Both the position numbers and the translations under genes were made by a program. 64,000 nt of DNA from an uncultured Nitrospiraceae bacterium (GTDB taxonomy: Bacteria > Hydrogenedentota > Hydrogenedentia > Hydrogenedentales > SLHB01), in NCBI GenBank assembly GCA_964493915.1, contig CAZBQH010000200.1, positions 12,182-76,181 on the forward strand, written 5' to 3'. Each line of letters opens with the position of its first letter. Within the stretch, counting starts at the first letter, position 1. Shown here in pieces: positions 48,085 to 57,827 of this stretch. The notes beneath the pieces are model-generated. The model did no database searches, was not told the DNA's origin, and saw only the letters and a program-made list of their open reading frames with translations.

Positions 48085-48933
48085 TCAGAAGCGTATCGAT
48101 ACGCCGACAAACGGGCCCTCCATGGTGAGATCGGCTTCCTTTTCCTCCTCAGCTCCAAGAAGTTTCGGAACTAACGGCAGGTCGTCGAACTCTCCAAAGC
48201 GGCCATTGATAGCAAACCAACGATAGCCTCCTTCGATCGCAAAATGGTCCCCAAATGGAAGGCGCAGTCCCGCTTCAGCGTCGAAGAGATGGCCGTAGTC
48301 TCCAGCATACATCCCCGCGAATTCCCCAAATACCTCGAGGTACTTGGTGGGGCGGCCGTTAAACCCCAACCCGACTACCGGAAGCCCAATTGTTCCATCG
48401 AAGCTGTGCTCCTCGGGCACGAAGTAATTCCACACGTCATAGTGTTTGGCCGACGCATCGAGACTGAACACCGCGGCATCCAGAACGGTGTCGAGGTGAA
48501 AACGTTCTGTAGGGTCTCCGATAATGCTCCATCGCCAGCCGACACGTCCATAATGCAGCTCGATGTCGCTCTCGACGTAGCTCGCGAGCCCGGCCAGCTC
48601 TCCTTCGAACAGCAGGGGCTCGACAACAGTATTCTCACCGCTGAAATCCAGATAGACATAACGAAACACAAGAGCATGGTTGCGGGTGAGCTGCAAACGG
48701 ATCCGTGCGTCGAGACTGTCTTCATCATCGATGCCGAGCTTCCGGTCAAGGTCAAGCCGGTCGCCTATAAGGTTGGTAATCAGACTTGTATCGCCGTCAA
48801 GGTTCGCGCGCCAACCTCGAACAGTAAGCCCAAGCCGTTGCAGACTGCCCCCGTCTTCAGTCTGAGCTATAGCGCTTACACCGGGCGCAATCAGCGCCAA
48901 CACAACAAGCCACAAACGCATATTCATGCACAT
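48085..48933 (-). CDS. outer-membrane beta-barrel protein (hypothetical)
   Basis: Start set at the ATG at 48933 after AAAGGGAGGAAGG (MCMNMRLWLVVLALIAPGVSAIAQ signal peptide). Alternating hydrophobic beta-strand pattern, ending in the C-terminal aromatic residue …GVSIRF. Confidence 0.5.
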   Translation of the reverse strand: MCMNMRLWLVVLALIAPGVSAIAQTEDGGSLQRLGLTVRGWRANLDGDTSLITNLIGDRLDLDRKLGIDDEDSLDARIRLQLTRNHALVFRYVYLDFSGENTVVEPLLFEGELAGLASYVESDIELHYGRVGWRWSIIGDPTERFHLDTVLDAAVFSLDASAKHYDVWNYFVPEEHSFDGTIGLPVVGLGFNGRPTKYLEVFGEFAGMYAGDYGHLFDAEAGLRLPFGDHFAIEGGYRWFAINGRFGEFDDLPLVPKLLGAEEEKEADLTMEGPFVGVSIRF

Positions 48934-49138
48934 GGGACCTTCCTCCCTTTGAACGTCTCTCGACCCTGCCTTGCTTCCGAGCAAGGCAGGACTTTTGTGA
49001 TGCGGGCCGTCCCGCATCTGGTCTGAACGCTTTCTAGAATAACTACATCGAATTGTAGCAGGGTATTCCGCATTCGGCAACCATGGATTCCCCGATTTTG
49101 CCGTCGGGCAATGACTGACTCGAGTGTACTCACGCCGC

Positions 49139-51562
49139 TCACGTCAGCTTTTCGTAAGGCCACATGTCGGTGCCGCCGTCCAACACGCGCACATCGGGAA
49201 AGTCCGCAGCCTTCAGAATCAGGGCCGCCTCGTAGCCCCGAAGCGAGATGTTGCAGAACGTGACGATGGTCTTGGACTTGTCTAGCTCGTGGAGACGCCT
49301 GCGAAGCACTCCCAAGGGAATGTTAATCGAGTTGGGAAGCCTGATCTCCTCGAACTCTTCCTGCGACCGCACATCCAAGAGAGTCACGGCCGTTCCGCCG
49401 GCGATCATTGCGCGATGGACCTCCATCGGCGTGATGCCCGTCAAGTAACCGTCAAGCTTGTTGCGGGCCACGTTCGCGGCCGTAATCAGGTTATCCATGG
49501 CCGGCGAGTACGGAGGCGCATAGCATAGGTCGGCGTTGGCAAGCTGGTCCACGGTCATTCCCGCCGCAATGGCCATAGCCGCGACATCGACGCGCTTGGC
49601 GCCGTCGCCCGGCCCCGTCACCTGAGCGCCCAGCACTTTGCGTGTGGCCGCATCCACAACAAGTTTGAGCATGAGTGGCTGCGCATCTGGCATGAAGTGG
49701 GCTTTGTCGGGAGCAGGGACCAGCACGGCGACGGCGTCGTAGCCGAGTGCCTGGGCCGAGGCCTCGGTCAACCCAGTGCGCCCCACGCAATACTCGAAAA
49801 CCTTGCAGATCGTGCTGCCGAGTATCCCGGGGAACTTCTCGCGGCCTCCACATAGGTTGACGGCAGCCACGCGGCCTTGCTTATTGGCCGTCGAGCCGAG
49901 AGGCATGTAGATGGGCCTTCTCGTCACGATGTCCCTGCATTCCACGCAGTCGCCTGCTGCATAGATGTCCGGGTCGCTTGTGCACATGAATTCGTCGACT
50001 TTGACGGCGCCCGTTTCGCCTATGTCAAGGCCGGCTGCCCGTGCAAGTCCTACGGAGGGCTGAACGCCGACAGCCATGATCACCATGTCGGCTGAGAGCT
50101 TGCCGGTTTGGGTCACAACCTGCGTAGACCATTCCTCGCCTTCAATAGCGGTGACTTTCGTGCCCGTCAAGACCCTGACACCGTTGGCTTCCATGTGTCT
50201 CTCAACCAGCTTGGCCATTTCCCAATCAAGCATGCCCAGAACCTGCGGCATCATCTCGACCATGCTGACACGGCATCCTGATTCCACCAACGCCTCCGTT
50301 GCTTCGACCCCGATAAGTCCTCCGCCTACAATTACAACGTCGCGCGCTTTGCCCTCACTGAGCATGGAACGGATGCCTTCGGCATCATGGACCCCGTGCA
50401 GCGTAAAGACATTAGGGAGATCGATTCCCGGCAAAGGAGGCTTGACAGGCGTTGCGCCCGTAGCCAAAACCAGTTTGTCATAGTCGAGCCAGGCGTCTTC
50501 CGATGTCAGGAGATTGCGTACAAGGATGCGCTTGTTTTCTCGATCGATCTCGATGGCTTCCGTCTCGTTGTGCACATGCACGTTTTTCACTTTCTGAAAG
50601 AAGACCGGGTCGCGCACCGCTCCTGCGGCGGTCGACATCAACTCGCGCTGTGAACGGACCATTCCTGAGACGTAGTAGGGAAGACCGCAACCCGCATAGG
50701 ACAAGAAACGCCCCCTTTCGATCACTGTAACTTCGGTGTCCGGACGAATACGGATAATCTTGGATGCCACTTTGGGGCCTGCCGTGACCCCACCGACGAT
50801 CACCACCTTAAGAGGCTGTCTCGCTTTGCTTTCTTCTTCAGCTTTTGCCGCCGCAGGTTCCGCCGCAGCAAGCAGAACCGAAAACTCAGCGCCTCCAAGA
50901 TCAGACGTCCCGACCGTGATCGATCCGCCCGCCGTCTCGAACACAGTTTTGGCGAAAGCCAGCCCCAGGCCGACCCCGGGCCGCGCAGAACCTTCTGCAG
51001 TTGCACTGCGAAAAAAAGGTTCGAAGATATGCTCTCGTTCCTCCGCCGGGATTCCTATGCCGGAGTCGTCAACTGTGAGACAGACGAAATTGCCTGGCGC
51101 CCGTGCAAGATTCAGCCGGACCCGCCCATGTTCAGGCGTGTACTTGACAGCGTTGCCGACCAAGGCCGCCACGGCTTCCGTCAGCGCAGGCGCATCGCCC
51201 TTCACGAAAACATCGCCCGCCTCGTTTACCGCCTCGAAGTCAATGCCTTCCTCAGCAGCTTTCTGAAGAAACAACGCATGAACGCGGTGGAGGAGTTGGC
51301 CCAGATTGCAGATGCTCTGCGTCGCGGACGGAGAGTCCAGCTCTCGTACGACATACAGCATCCGCTGCACCGCTGCGATCGCTTCGTCGCAGCGCGCGTT
51401 GGCCCGCTCCACCAGAGTGCGTTGCTTTGGCGTCATCGCGCCGGCATACCCCCCGAGGAGCGTCCGCAAATGGCTGCTCACCGCGCTCAGGGGCGCCTGC
51501 AACTGGTGTGCAATCAGACCTGCTGACCGAATGGCTGTGTCGTGCGGTTTGCTCTGACTCAT
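49139..51562 (-). CDS. fusion protein: histidine-kinase core (HisKA+HATPase) + CoA-disulfide reductase-like FAD/NAD(P) oxidoreductase + rhodanese domain
   Basis: 807 aa. Residues about 1-240 carry the H-box AHQLQAPLS, N-box LVGNAVKYT, G1 DDSGIGIP, F-box FEPFF and G2 GVGLGLAFAK, with no TM or sensor domain. Residues about 250-700 carry VVIVGGVTAGPKVASK (FAD), the redox Cys in SYAGCGLPY, and VVIVGGGLIGVE (NAD). Residues about 700-807 form a rhodanese domain with the active Cys in TFCNISLRG. Confidence 0.7.
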   Translation of the reverse strand: MSQSKPHDTAIRSAGLIAHQLQAPLSAVSSHLRTLLGGYAGAMTPKQRTLVERANARCDEAIAAVQRMLYVVRELDSPSATQSICNLGQLLHRVHALFLQKAAEEGIDFEAVNEAGDVFVKGDAPALTEAVAALVGNAVKYTPEHGRVRLNLARAPGNFVCLTVDDSGIGIPAEEREHIFEPFFRSATAEGSARPGVGLGLAFAKTVFETAGGSITVGTSDLGGAEFSVLLAAAEPAAAKAEEESKARQPLKVVIVGGVTAGPKVASKIIRIRPDTEVTVIERGRFLSYAGCGLPYYVSGMVRSQRELMSTAAGAVRDPVFFQKVKNVHVHNETEAIEIDRENKRILVRNLLTSEDAWLDYDKLVLATGATPVKPPLPGIDLPNVFTLHGVHDAEGIRSMLSEGKARDVVIVGGGLIGVEATEALVESGCRVSMVEMMPQVLGMLDWEMAKLVERHMEANGVRVLTGTKVTAIEGEEWSTQVVTQTGKLSADMVIMAVGVQPSVGLARAAGLDIGETGAVKVDEFMCTSDPDIYAAGDCVECRDIVTRRPIYMPLGSTANKQGRVAAVNLCGGREKFPGILGSTICKVFEYCVGRTGLTEASAQALGYDAVAVLVPAPDKAHFMPDAQPLMLKLVVDAATRKVLGAQVTGPGDGAKRVDVAAMAIAAGMTVDQLANADLCYAPPYSPAMDNLITAANVARNKLDGYLTGITPMEVHRAMIAGGTAVTLLDVRSQEEFEEIRLPNSINIPLGVLRRRLHELDKSKTIVTFCNISLRGYEAALILKAADFPDVRVLDGGTDMWPYEKLT

Positions 51563-51990
51563 ATCCGATTCGCCAAGTTCTTAGCCGATCATGTCAAACT
51601 GCTCCGTATTGAGCCTCGAGAGAAGATCTAATTCATGGGTCATAGGGTAGTGCACCAGGGATTCGCTGCTGAAGAACGCAAGCCTGACGCGCACATTCTC
51701 TTTGCGTCCAACAAGGTGTCCAGGCCCCTGCTCCCAATCCGTCTCATGATCACTTGCAGCAAGAAAACCTCCTCCTCTCGCGTTGTCGGTATATTACATG
51801 GCAGAGACCGTTCTCACAAGGGTTCGCTTCATGAGCAGGATGCAACCTGTCCTTTTCGCAGCGCGAGTTGCCGAGAGCTCCCAGCGTGTTGCTTTGTCTT
51901 GTTTTACGGGGAATTCCCCGGACGTAGCCGCCTGAATGGCCGTCTTCCATCTGGAACGCGTTCAACCCCTTCCTTGGATCCTGGCTCGGC

Positions 51991-52020
51991 TTGCGGATGA
52001 GAGCCGGATTGCCGTATACT
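51991..52020 (+). promoter_or_regulatory. sigma70-like promoter candidate immediately upstream of the lytic transglycosylase gene (TTGCGG-18 nt-TATACT)
   Basis: TTGCGG at 51991-51996, TATACT at 52015-52020. The ATG at 52028 would lie at the predicted transcription start, implying a leaderless mRNA, unless GTG 52055 is the real start. Confidence 0.25.
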
Positions 52021-52027
52021 TGTGCCG

Positions 52028-53071
52028 ATGTTAAAGTGGGCAACGAACAGTGTGGGCCTGCGGCTTTTCCATCATGCAGGGGCGGGTCCGGCGGCCGTCT
52101 TTATTGCACTTCTCCTTGCTCTGACGGCGTGGGCCCAGGAGGGGACAAGCATTCCGTCTCTCGACCAGCGGCGCGAGGAGCTTCGGCGCCTTGATCAAGA
52201 ACGGCGAAGCGAGATGGCAAGTCGGTACGCTAAGTCCGGGTTGCGTGTTTTCCGCAGTAAAGAAGGTGTGCCGACCTTCACAAACATCCCGCAGAAGTAT
52301 CATCATAAATCCGGTTATATCGAGGAGAGACTGCGCAGCCGGGGTCTGAGTTCCTCGGTTTCCCGCCGAAATGCAGGGCCTATTTTCAAGAGCAGAATCA
52401 CTTGGCAAACGGGTTTGGCCCCTATTGTACGCAAGTATGCGGCTATGTACGGCCTGGACGAAGGTCTGATCTATGCTGTGATCCGCGTGGAAAGTGATTT
52501 CAACCCCTATGCCGTGTCGCGCGCGGGGGCGCGCGGGCTTATGCAACTCATGCCCGATACAGCCGAAGACATGAACGTACGCAACGTCTTCGATCCGGTT
52601 CAGAATGTGGCAGGCGGGACACGGTACCTGGCGCTTATGCTCGACACATTCAACAACAACCTCGCTCTAGCGCTTGCGGGCTATAACGCCGGTCCGGAAG
52701 CTGTGAGGAAATATGGCGGCATTCCCCCTTACGAAGAAACGCGAGCGTATGTGCGGGATGTTCTATCCTACATGGCCTCGTATAGCCGTCGAGGGATCGG
52801 ATCCCAGGACAATGAGAAAGCCGTTGCCTTGGCCTTGGCTAGTGAGGAAGTCCAAGAGCCGGCCCCGAGTGCCGGGCAGGAGGATGAACCGCCGAGTGTT
52901 GCATATCTACCGGCCGTCGAAGGCAACTACTACGTGGTTGAGTTTAACAGCGGCTTGACGCAGCGCGCGGATAGGGTCGTAGATGCGGAAGACTACTATT
53001 ACGTCGAGTTTGAGGGACACACAGTCCGGGTGAAAAAGGCGCACGTCCGCAAGATAGTGGCGCCTGCCTGA
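52028..53071 (+). CDS. lytic transglycosylase (SLT domain) protein, secreted
   Basis: The track starts at GTG 52022; the ATG at 52028 is in frame. Signal peptide …AAVFIALLLALTAWAQE. SLT domain …YAVIRVESDFNPYAVSRAGARGLMQLMPDTA…AGYNAGP, containing the catalytic Glu. The exact start is uncertain. Confidence 0.65.
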   Translation: MLKWATNSVGLRLFHHAGAGPAAVFIALLLALTAWAQEGTSIPSLDQRREELRRLDQERRSEMASRYAKSGLRVFRSKEGVPTFTNIPQKYHHKSGYIEERLRSRGLSSSVSRRNAGPIFKSRITWQTGLAPIVRKYAAMYGLDEGLIYAVIRVESDFNPYAVSRAGARGLMQLMPDTAEDMNVRNVFDPVQNVAGGTRYLALMLDTFNNNLALALAGYNAGPEAVRKYGGIPPYEETRAYVRDVLSYMASYSRRGIGSQDNEKAVALALASEEVQEPAPSAGQEDEPPSVAYLPAVEGNYYVVEFNSGLTQRADRVVDAEDYYYVEFEGHTVRVKKAHVRKIVAPA

Positions 53072-53460
53072 AGGCAGCCATGGGGGCTTAAGCTGAATCC
53101 GTTTTGCCAAGGCTGCCATCTGCTGTAAGCCCGCGACGGCGGGCTGGGGCAGGAGCATGTGATCGCTCTGACCATTCACGAGCAGGCTGCTAACCGGCAA
53201 TAAGGGGGCGACGTCATCTCGTGGCGTTCCTGCTTTTCTTCATCCCACCCTTGCCAGAACCAACGTGTGCGAGATGGGCATTCACCTTTCTTGCGGCTCC
53301 TATCAGCGAATTGGGGAAAGCGGGCTCGGTTTTGAAAACAACGCCCTTGTGTGTTATGGTTCAGCCCCGTTAGGCAACGGGGCCATCCCCACCTTCGCCC
53401 TCGCTCCTGTCCGCAGAAGCAGTTTGCGCATTACGTGTGCCTGTAAGCTAGGTTTTTGCT

Positions 53461-54261
53461 ATGAATGCGGAACGCCAGCCGGCCGTTTTGGCGGTTATTC
53501 CGGCACGATACGCCTCGACCCGGTTCCCAGGGAAAGTGATTGCGCCGCTCGGCGGCAAACCCTTGGTTGTGCATACCTATGAGAATACAAGCCGTGCCCA
53601 GCGCGTCACACAGGCTGTTGTGGCCACGGACGACGAGCGCGTGATAGAAGCGGTCCGGCCTTACGGCGTCCCCGCCGTCATGACGCGGGCCGACCATTCA
53701 TGCGGCACCAATCGCATCGCGGAAGTGGCGGAGCAAAGCGATGCGGCGATTATCGTGAATGTGCAGGGAGACGAACCACTTATCGATCCCGGCACAGTAG
53801 ACGCGGCAGTGGGCGCGCTCATCGGCGAGGAGGAGGTGTCCATGGTTACGGCACGCCGCCGAATCAACGAGCCAAGGCGTATCCAGGACCCGAACGTCGT
53901 CAAAGTCGTTTGCGACCAACGGGGACGGGCGCTCTACTTCAGCCGTAGCGCCATCCCTCACATTCGCGACCAGAGCGATCGGGAAGCTGCGGCTCAATGC
54001 TATTGGCAGCACATAGGCATTTACGCTTTCCGGCGGGATTTTCTGTTGGTTTACGCGAAATTGCCTGCAACGCCCCTCGAACGGCTCGAAAAGCTGGAAC
54101 AATTGCGCGCGTTGGAACACGGCTACGCCATACGCGTCGTCGATACGGAACATGATAGTCTTGGAGTGGATTCGCCCGAAGACCTGGACAGAGTCTCCGC
54201 GTTGCTGGCGCGAATCGCGGATATAGGGGAAAGCGGGACATGCCGAAATACGTCTTCGTAA
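53461..54261 (+). CDS. kdsB: 3-deoxy-manno-octulosonate cytidylyltransferase
   Basis: 266 aa. VIPARYASTRFPGK N-terminus, and VQGDEP; canonical KdsB. Confidence 0.85.
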   Translation: MNAERQPAVLAVIPARYASTRFPGKVIAPLGGKPLVVHTYENTSRAQRVTQAVVATDDERVIEAVRPYGVPAVMTRADHSCGTNRIAEVAEQSDAAIIVNVQGDEPLIDPGTVDAAVGALIGEEEVSMVTARRRINEPRRIQDPNVVKVVCDQRGRALYFSRSAIPHIRDQSDREAAAQCYWQHIGIYAFRRDFLLVYAKLPATPLERLEKLEQLRALEHGYAIRVVDTEHDSLGVDSPEDLDRVSALLARIADIGESGTCRNTSS

Positions 54262-55871
54262 CGGGCGGGGTCGTTTCATCTGTCGGAAAAGGCATCACGG
54301 CTGCTAGCTTGGGGCTTTTGCTCGAGTCGCGAGGCCTGACCGTGAGCATGATGAAGCTCGATCCCTACATCAATGTGGATCCAGGCACCATGAACCCCTT
54401 CGAGCACGGCGAGGTCTTTGTGACGGACGACGGCGCCGAGACGGACCTCGATCTAGGCCATTATCAACGCTTTACGAATGCAAAGCTCTCTCAGAAAAGC
54501 AACGTAACCACCGGCGGAATCTACAATACCGTTATCCAGAGAGAGCGCCGCGGCGAGTATCTGGGCAAGACGGTCCAGGTCATCCCGCACATCACTGATG
54601 AAATCAAGTCGCGCATTCGCATGCTTACGGCGGATCCGGAGGATCAGACAGATGTGGCCATTGTCGAGATCGGCGGAACCGTCGGCGACATCGAAGGTCA
54701 GCCTTTCCTCGAGGCCATCCGGCAGTTTATCCTCGAGGTTGCACCCGTCCCATGCTGCACGATCCACGTTACCTTGCTCCCTTATATCGAGGCTGCCGGG
54801 GAACTCAAAACCAAACCTACGCAGCATAGTGTGCGCGCTCTGCGGGACATCGGGCTGCAACCTAACGTGATTATCTGCCGAACAGGGACCCGCCAGATCG
54901 GCTTGGAACAGCGCCGCAAAATCGCCATGTTCTGCAATGTGACCGAGGACGCGATCATCGGCGCTCCGGATATTTCCCCTGTCTACGCGATTCCCCTGAA
55001 TTTCAAGGACCAACGGCTTGACGAAACGGTCCTCAGAATCCTGGGCATTCAGGCGCCCGAACAGAATCTCGCGCCTTGGCGTGAGATTGTTCACAAAGTG
55101 ACGCACCCGGCTCAGGAGATCCGCATCGCGGCCGTCGGGAAATACGTCAACCACGATGATGCGTATAAGAGCATCAATGAAGCCTTCATTCATGCAGGGA
55201 TCAGCAACGATTGCCGGGTCTGCCTGGAATGGGTGGATTCCGAGCAGTTCGAGAACGGCGTGCTGCCCCAGGACGTGCTCAGCGACTTTGACGGCGTATT
55301 GATAGGCCCGGGTTTCGGCAAACGCGGCATCGAGGGTAAGGTCAGCGCCGTCCGCTACGTGCGCAAAAGCAAGAAGCCTTTCCTTGGCATCTGTCTGGGC
55401 ATGCAGATAGCCGTCATCGAGCTGGCACGCAACTGCCTTAAGCTGCCTAAAGCCAACTCGACCGAATTTGATCCCAATACCCCCGATCCTGTTATTTCAT
55501 TGCTCACGGAGCAGCAGGGGATCCGCGAGTTGGGCGGCACGATGCGTCTCGGGGCCTATGCATGCCGCCTGCGAGAAGGTACGCGGGCCCACGATGCGTA
55601 TGGTGTGGACCAGATTGATGAACGGCACCGTCACCGTTATGAATTCAACAACGCATATCGGGAACGGCTCGAGAAGGAGGCAGGGCTGGTTGTGAGCGGA
55701 CTTCATCAGCGCCAAGACCACGAACTTGTAGAGATTATCGAGCTGGAAGACCATCCCTGGTTTTGCGGATCGCAGTTTCACCCCGAGTTTACCAGTACCC
55801 CAATGCGGCCTCAGCCATTGTTCCGCGAGTTCGTGAAGGCCGCCTGCCGGCACAAAGAGTCCCGTAGATAG
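54240..55871 (+). CDS. pyrG: CTP synthase
   Basis: 543 aa. MPKYVFVTGGVVSSVGKGI N-terminus, GATase domain with GICLGMQ. Overlaps the kdsB 3' end by 22 nt. Confidence 0.95.
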   Translation: MPKYVFVTGGVVSSVGKGITAASLGLLLESRGLTVSMMKLDPYINVDPGTMNPFEHGEVFVTDDGAETDLDLGHYQRFTNAKLSQKSNVTTGGIYNTVIQRERRGEYLGKTVQVIPHITDEIKSRIRMLTADPEDQTDVAIVEIGGTVGDIEGQPFLEAIRQFILEVAPVPCCTIHVTLLPYIEAAGELKTKPTQHSVRALRDIGLQPNVIICRTGTRQIGLEQRRKIAMFCNVTEDAIIGAPDISPVYAIPLNFKDQRLDETVLRILGIQAPEQNLAPWREIVHKVTHPAQEIRIAAVGKYVNHDDAYKSINEAFIHAGISNDCRVCLEWVDSEQFENGVLPQDVLSDFDGVLIGPGFGKRGIEGKVSAVRYVRKSKKPFLGICLGMQIAVIELARNCLKLPKANSTEFDPNTPDPVISLLTEQQGIRELGGTMRLGAYACRLREGTRAHDAYGVDQIDERHRHRYEFNNAYRERLEKEAGLVVSGLHQRQDHELVEIIELEDHPWFCGSQFHPEFTSTPMRPQPLFREFVKAACRHKESRR

Positions 55872-55972
55872 CCAATCGCGGGCATACTCCTTGCCGCGCG
55901 TTCTTAAAACAGCGATATGCTACTATGGTGTTCGATGTCGGGGCGATAGCTGCCGGCAAGGAAGGATCGGCC

Positions 55973-57811
55973 ATGGTTGCGAACAGACAAGCTCTTATGT
56001 CTTTGCGTCTTGCTCTATCTCGTCGGGAAAAGGCATTGTCGCTCGCCCAGGAATCCAAGGAGGCCTTGACCGCGGGCCATATTGACAAAGCGCGCCATGA
56101 CATGCTGCAAGCCTTTTACTCGGGCCATCTCCAATCCGCCGAAAACCGCCTGCGCGACCTGCGCCAGGAGCACGCGAAGCGAATCGCCGAACTCGACACC
56201 GTTCTTGAGGAACTGCAAACACGTCAGAAAGAGGTGCAGGAAGGTGCAGCTTCCGGCCTTGTGAGGGTTTCTGAAGTGAATCGCCGGCATCGCAAACTTG
56301 CGAAACGAATCGGCGAGCTGAAAGAAGAAGCGGCCTTCGAGCGGCGCTTAGTTGAAGCCGATTCTCCTGATGCAGTGGGCGGTTTTATCGATATGCCTCT
56401 CGATGACTACGCCGCTGAGGCACCGTCGGGTCCTGCGGCCTATTCCACGGAGGAATGGCTGTTCACATGCGTGCTGTCCCTGCTCATGCCCTTCGCCTTG
56501 CTCTTGCCGTGGGTCATCGTACTCGGGGTCTCGTGGCGTCTGAGCGACTTGCCGGCCTTTCTTGAGATGGTGGGGTTGGAAGAGGTGCCGGAAACCGCTC
56601 GTTTCGTGTGGGCTGTGTATGCATTACTTCCTTTGGTTGGGTTGCCTTTCGCATTGTGGCGCAACCTCCAGAAGTCAGGTGCTTGGTTGATAGTCGTAGG
56701 CGCCGCCTGTACAGGCGCCGTTGTCACTCCGCTGGCAGCTATAGGCATCAATCCCAACATCGAGGCGTCCATCGATCCAATCCAACTTTTTGCGGGATTG
56801 CGAATCGGATCTCTATCTTACCTCGGCGGCGCGGTTCTGATGATGCTCTTGGGCGCACGCCGGATACGGTTGAGCAAAGGACCCCTGAAGTCTTCCTGGA
56901 AAGGCGTAGTGGTCCTTGTGGTCTCGGCTACGGTTCTTCTCCTGTTGGCAGGCGCCCTTTTCTCGACGGCGCCCGGTCACGCCTGGATTGCCATGGAAGC
57001 GGGCCCTGCACGAGAAGCAGGGCGGAGCGTGCGGCTTCACTTCGAAAACACCGGCACGCATACGGCTACCGTGCATCTGCCTTGGCCGGAGAATCGCGCG
57101 GCCGTAATCGAGGCGGGCCAGGAGAAACGTCTTTTCGGCGTGACAGTATGGGTGCGTGAACGGGGCGAGCGCGATTTCCATATGTATCCGCACTCGGATG
57201 TCTGCTGGGATTTTGGTAGTGTGCCTGCCCCCGAGAACAACGGCTTTCAACTCGAGCACGGCGTTTCCGTGCAGGCTCAATTTCACTTGGGCAGGTTGGA
57301 GACCGAGGGGATAGACGCCCTGCAGGTACGTTTTCGTCTGACCCGGGGCGACGGCCACCTTCTTCAATCTCTAGATGTTGACGTTCCGGAAATCAGTGCC
57401 GCAAGCGCCCGGCCTGCACCCCTCGCGGGGATGCCGGACATTGCTTCTGCACCCCAGCCTCCGCAATCGGAGACGCTTTCCCCGCCGCCATCCGCTATCG
57501 CAACAGAACAAACCGGCGCCTCTTCTGCAGAAACCGGAGACAGGGGATCGCCCGTGTGGTCCGTCGCTTTCAAAGGCACCATTGGAAACAACGCGATCTT
57601 AGCGATACGCGAAGCGGCTGATGGGAAAGTCGAGTCGCGGTCCGTCGCGGCCGGCGACACGGCAACTGGAGACTGGTTGGTCGAGTCTATTGAAGCGTCC
57701 GGTGCTGAAGTTGTGCTTCGCAATCGCTATACCGGGAAGCGTGTCACGTTGAAGCGGGGAGCTGGAGAAAGCCCCTTGCCCGACACAAAAGCTGCCTCGA
57801 GCGGCGGGTAG
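55973..57811 (+). CDS. hypothetical membrane protein with N-terminal coiled coil
   Basis: The track starts at 55925. ATG 55973 has AAGGAAGGA 6 nt upstream. About 120 aa of coiled coil, then a block of several TM helices, then a C-terminal soluble region that is Pro/Ser-rich near the end. Confidence 0.45.
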   Translation: MVANRQALMSLRLALSRREKALSLAQESKEALTAGHIDKARHDMLQAFYSGHLQSAENRLRDLRQEHAKRIAELDTVLEELQTRQKEVQEGAASGLVRVSEVNRRHRKLAKRIGELKEEAAFERRLVEADSPDAVGGFIDMPLDDYAAEAPSGPAAYSTEEWLFTCVLSLLMPFALLLPWVIVLGVSWRLSDLPAFLEMVGLEEVPETARFVWAVYALLPLVGLPFALWRNLQKSGAWLIVVGAACTGAVVTPLAAIGINPNIEASIDPIQLFAGLRIGSLSYLGGAVLMMLLGARRIRLSKGPLKSSWKGVVVLVVSATVLLLLAGALFSTAPGHAWIAMEAGPAREAGRSVRLHFENTGTHTATVHLPWPENRAAVIEAGQEKRLFGVTVWVRERGERDFHMYPHSDVCWDFGSVPAPENNGFQLEHGVSVQAQFHLGRLETEGIDALQVRFRLTRGDGHLLQSLDVDVPEISAASARPAPLAGMPDIASAPQPPQSETLSPPPSAIATEQTGASSAETGDRGSPVWSVAFKGTIGNNAILAIREAADGKVESRSVAAGDTATGDWLVESIEASGAEVVLRNRYTGKRVTLKRGAGESPLPDTKAASSGG

Positions 57812-57827
57812 CGTTTCGCAGACGGCC

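Noticed and set aside
53260-53460. Possible structured RNA upstream of kdsB (8-bp stem GCCCCGTT-AGGC-AACGGGGC at about 53361-53380)
   Set aside because: A single hairpin without a U-tract, not recognisable as a known riboswitch or leader. Noted but not callable from sequence alone.
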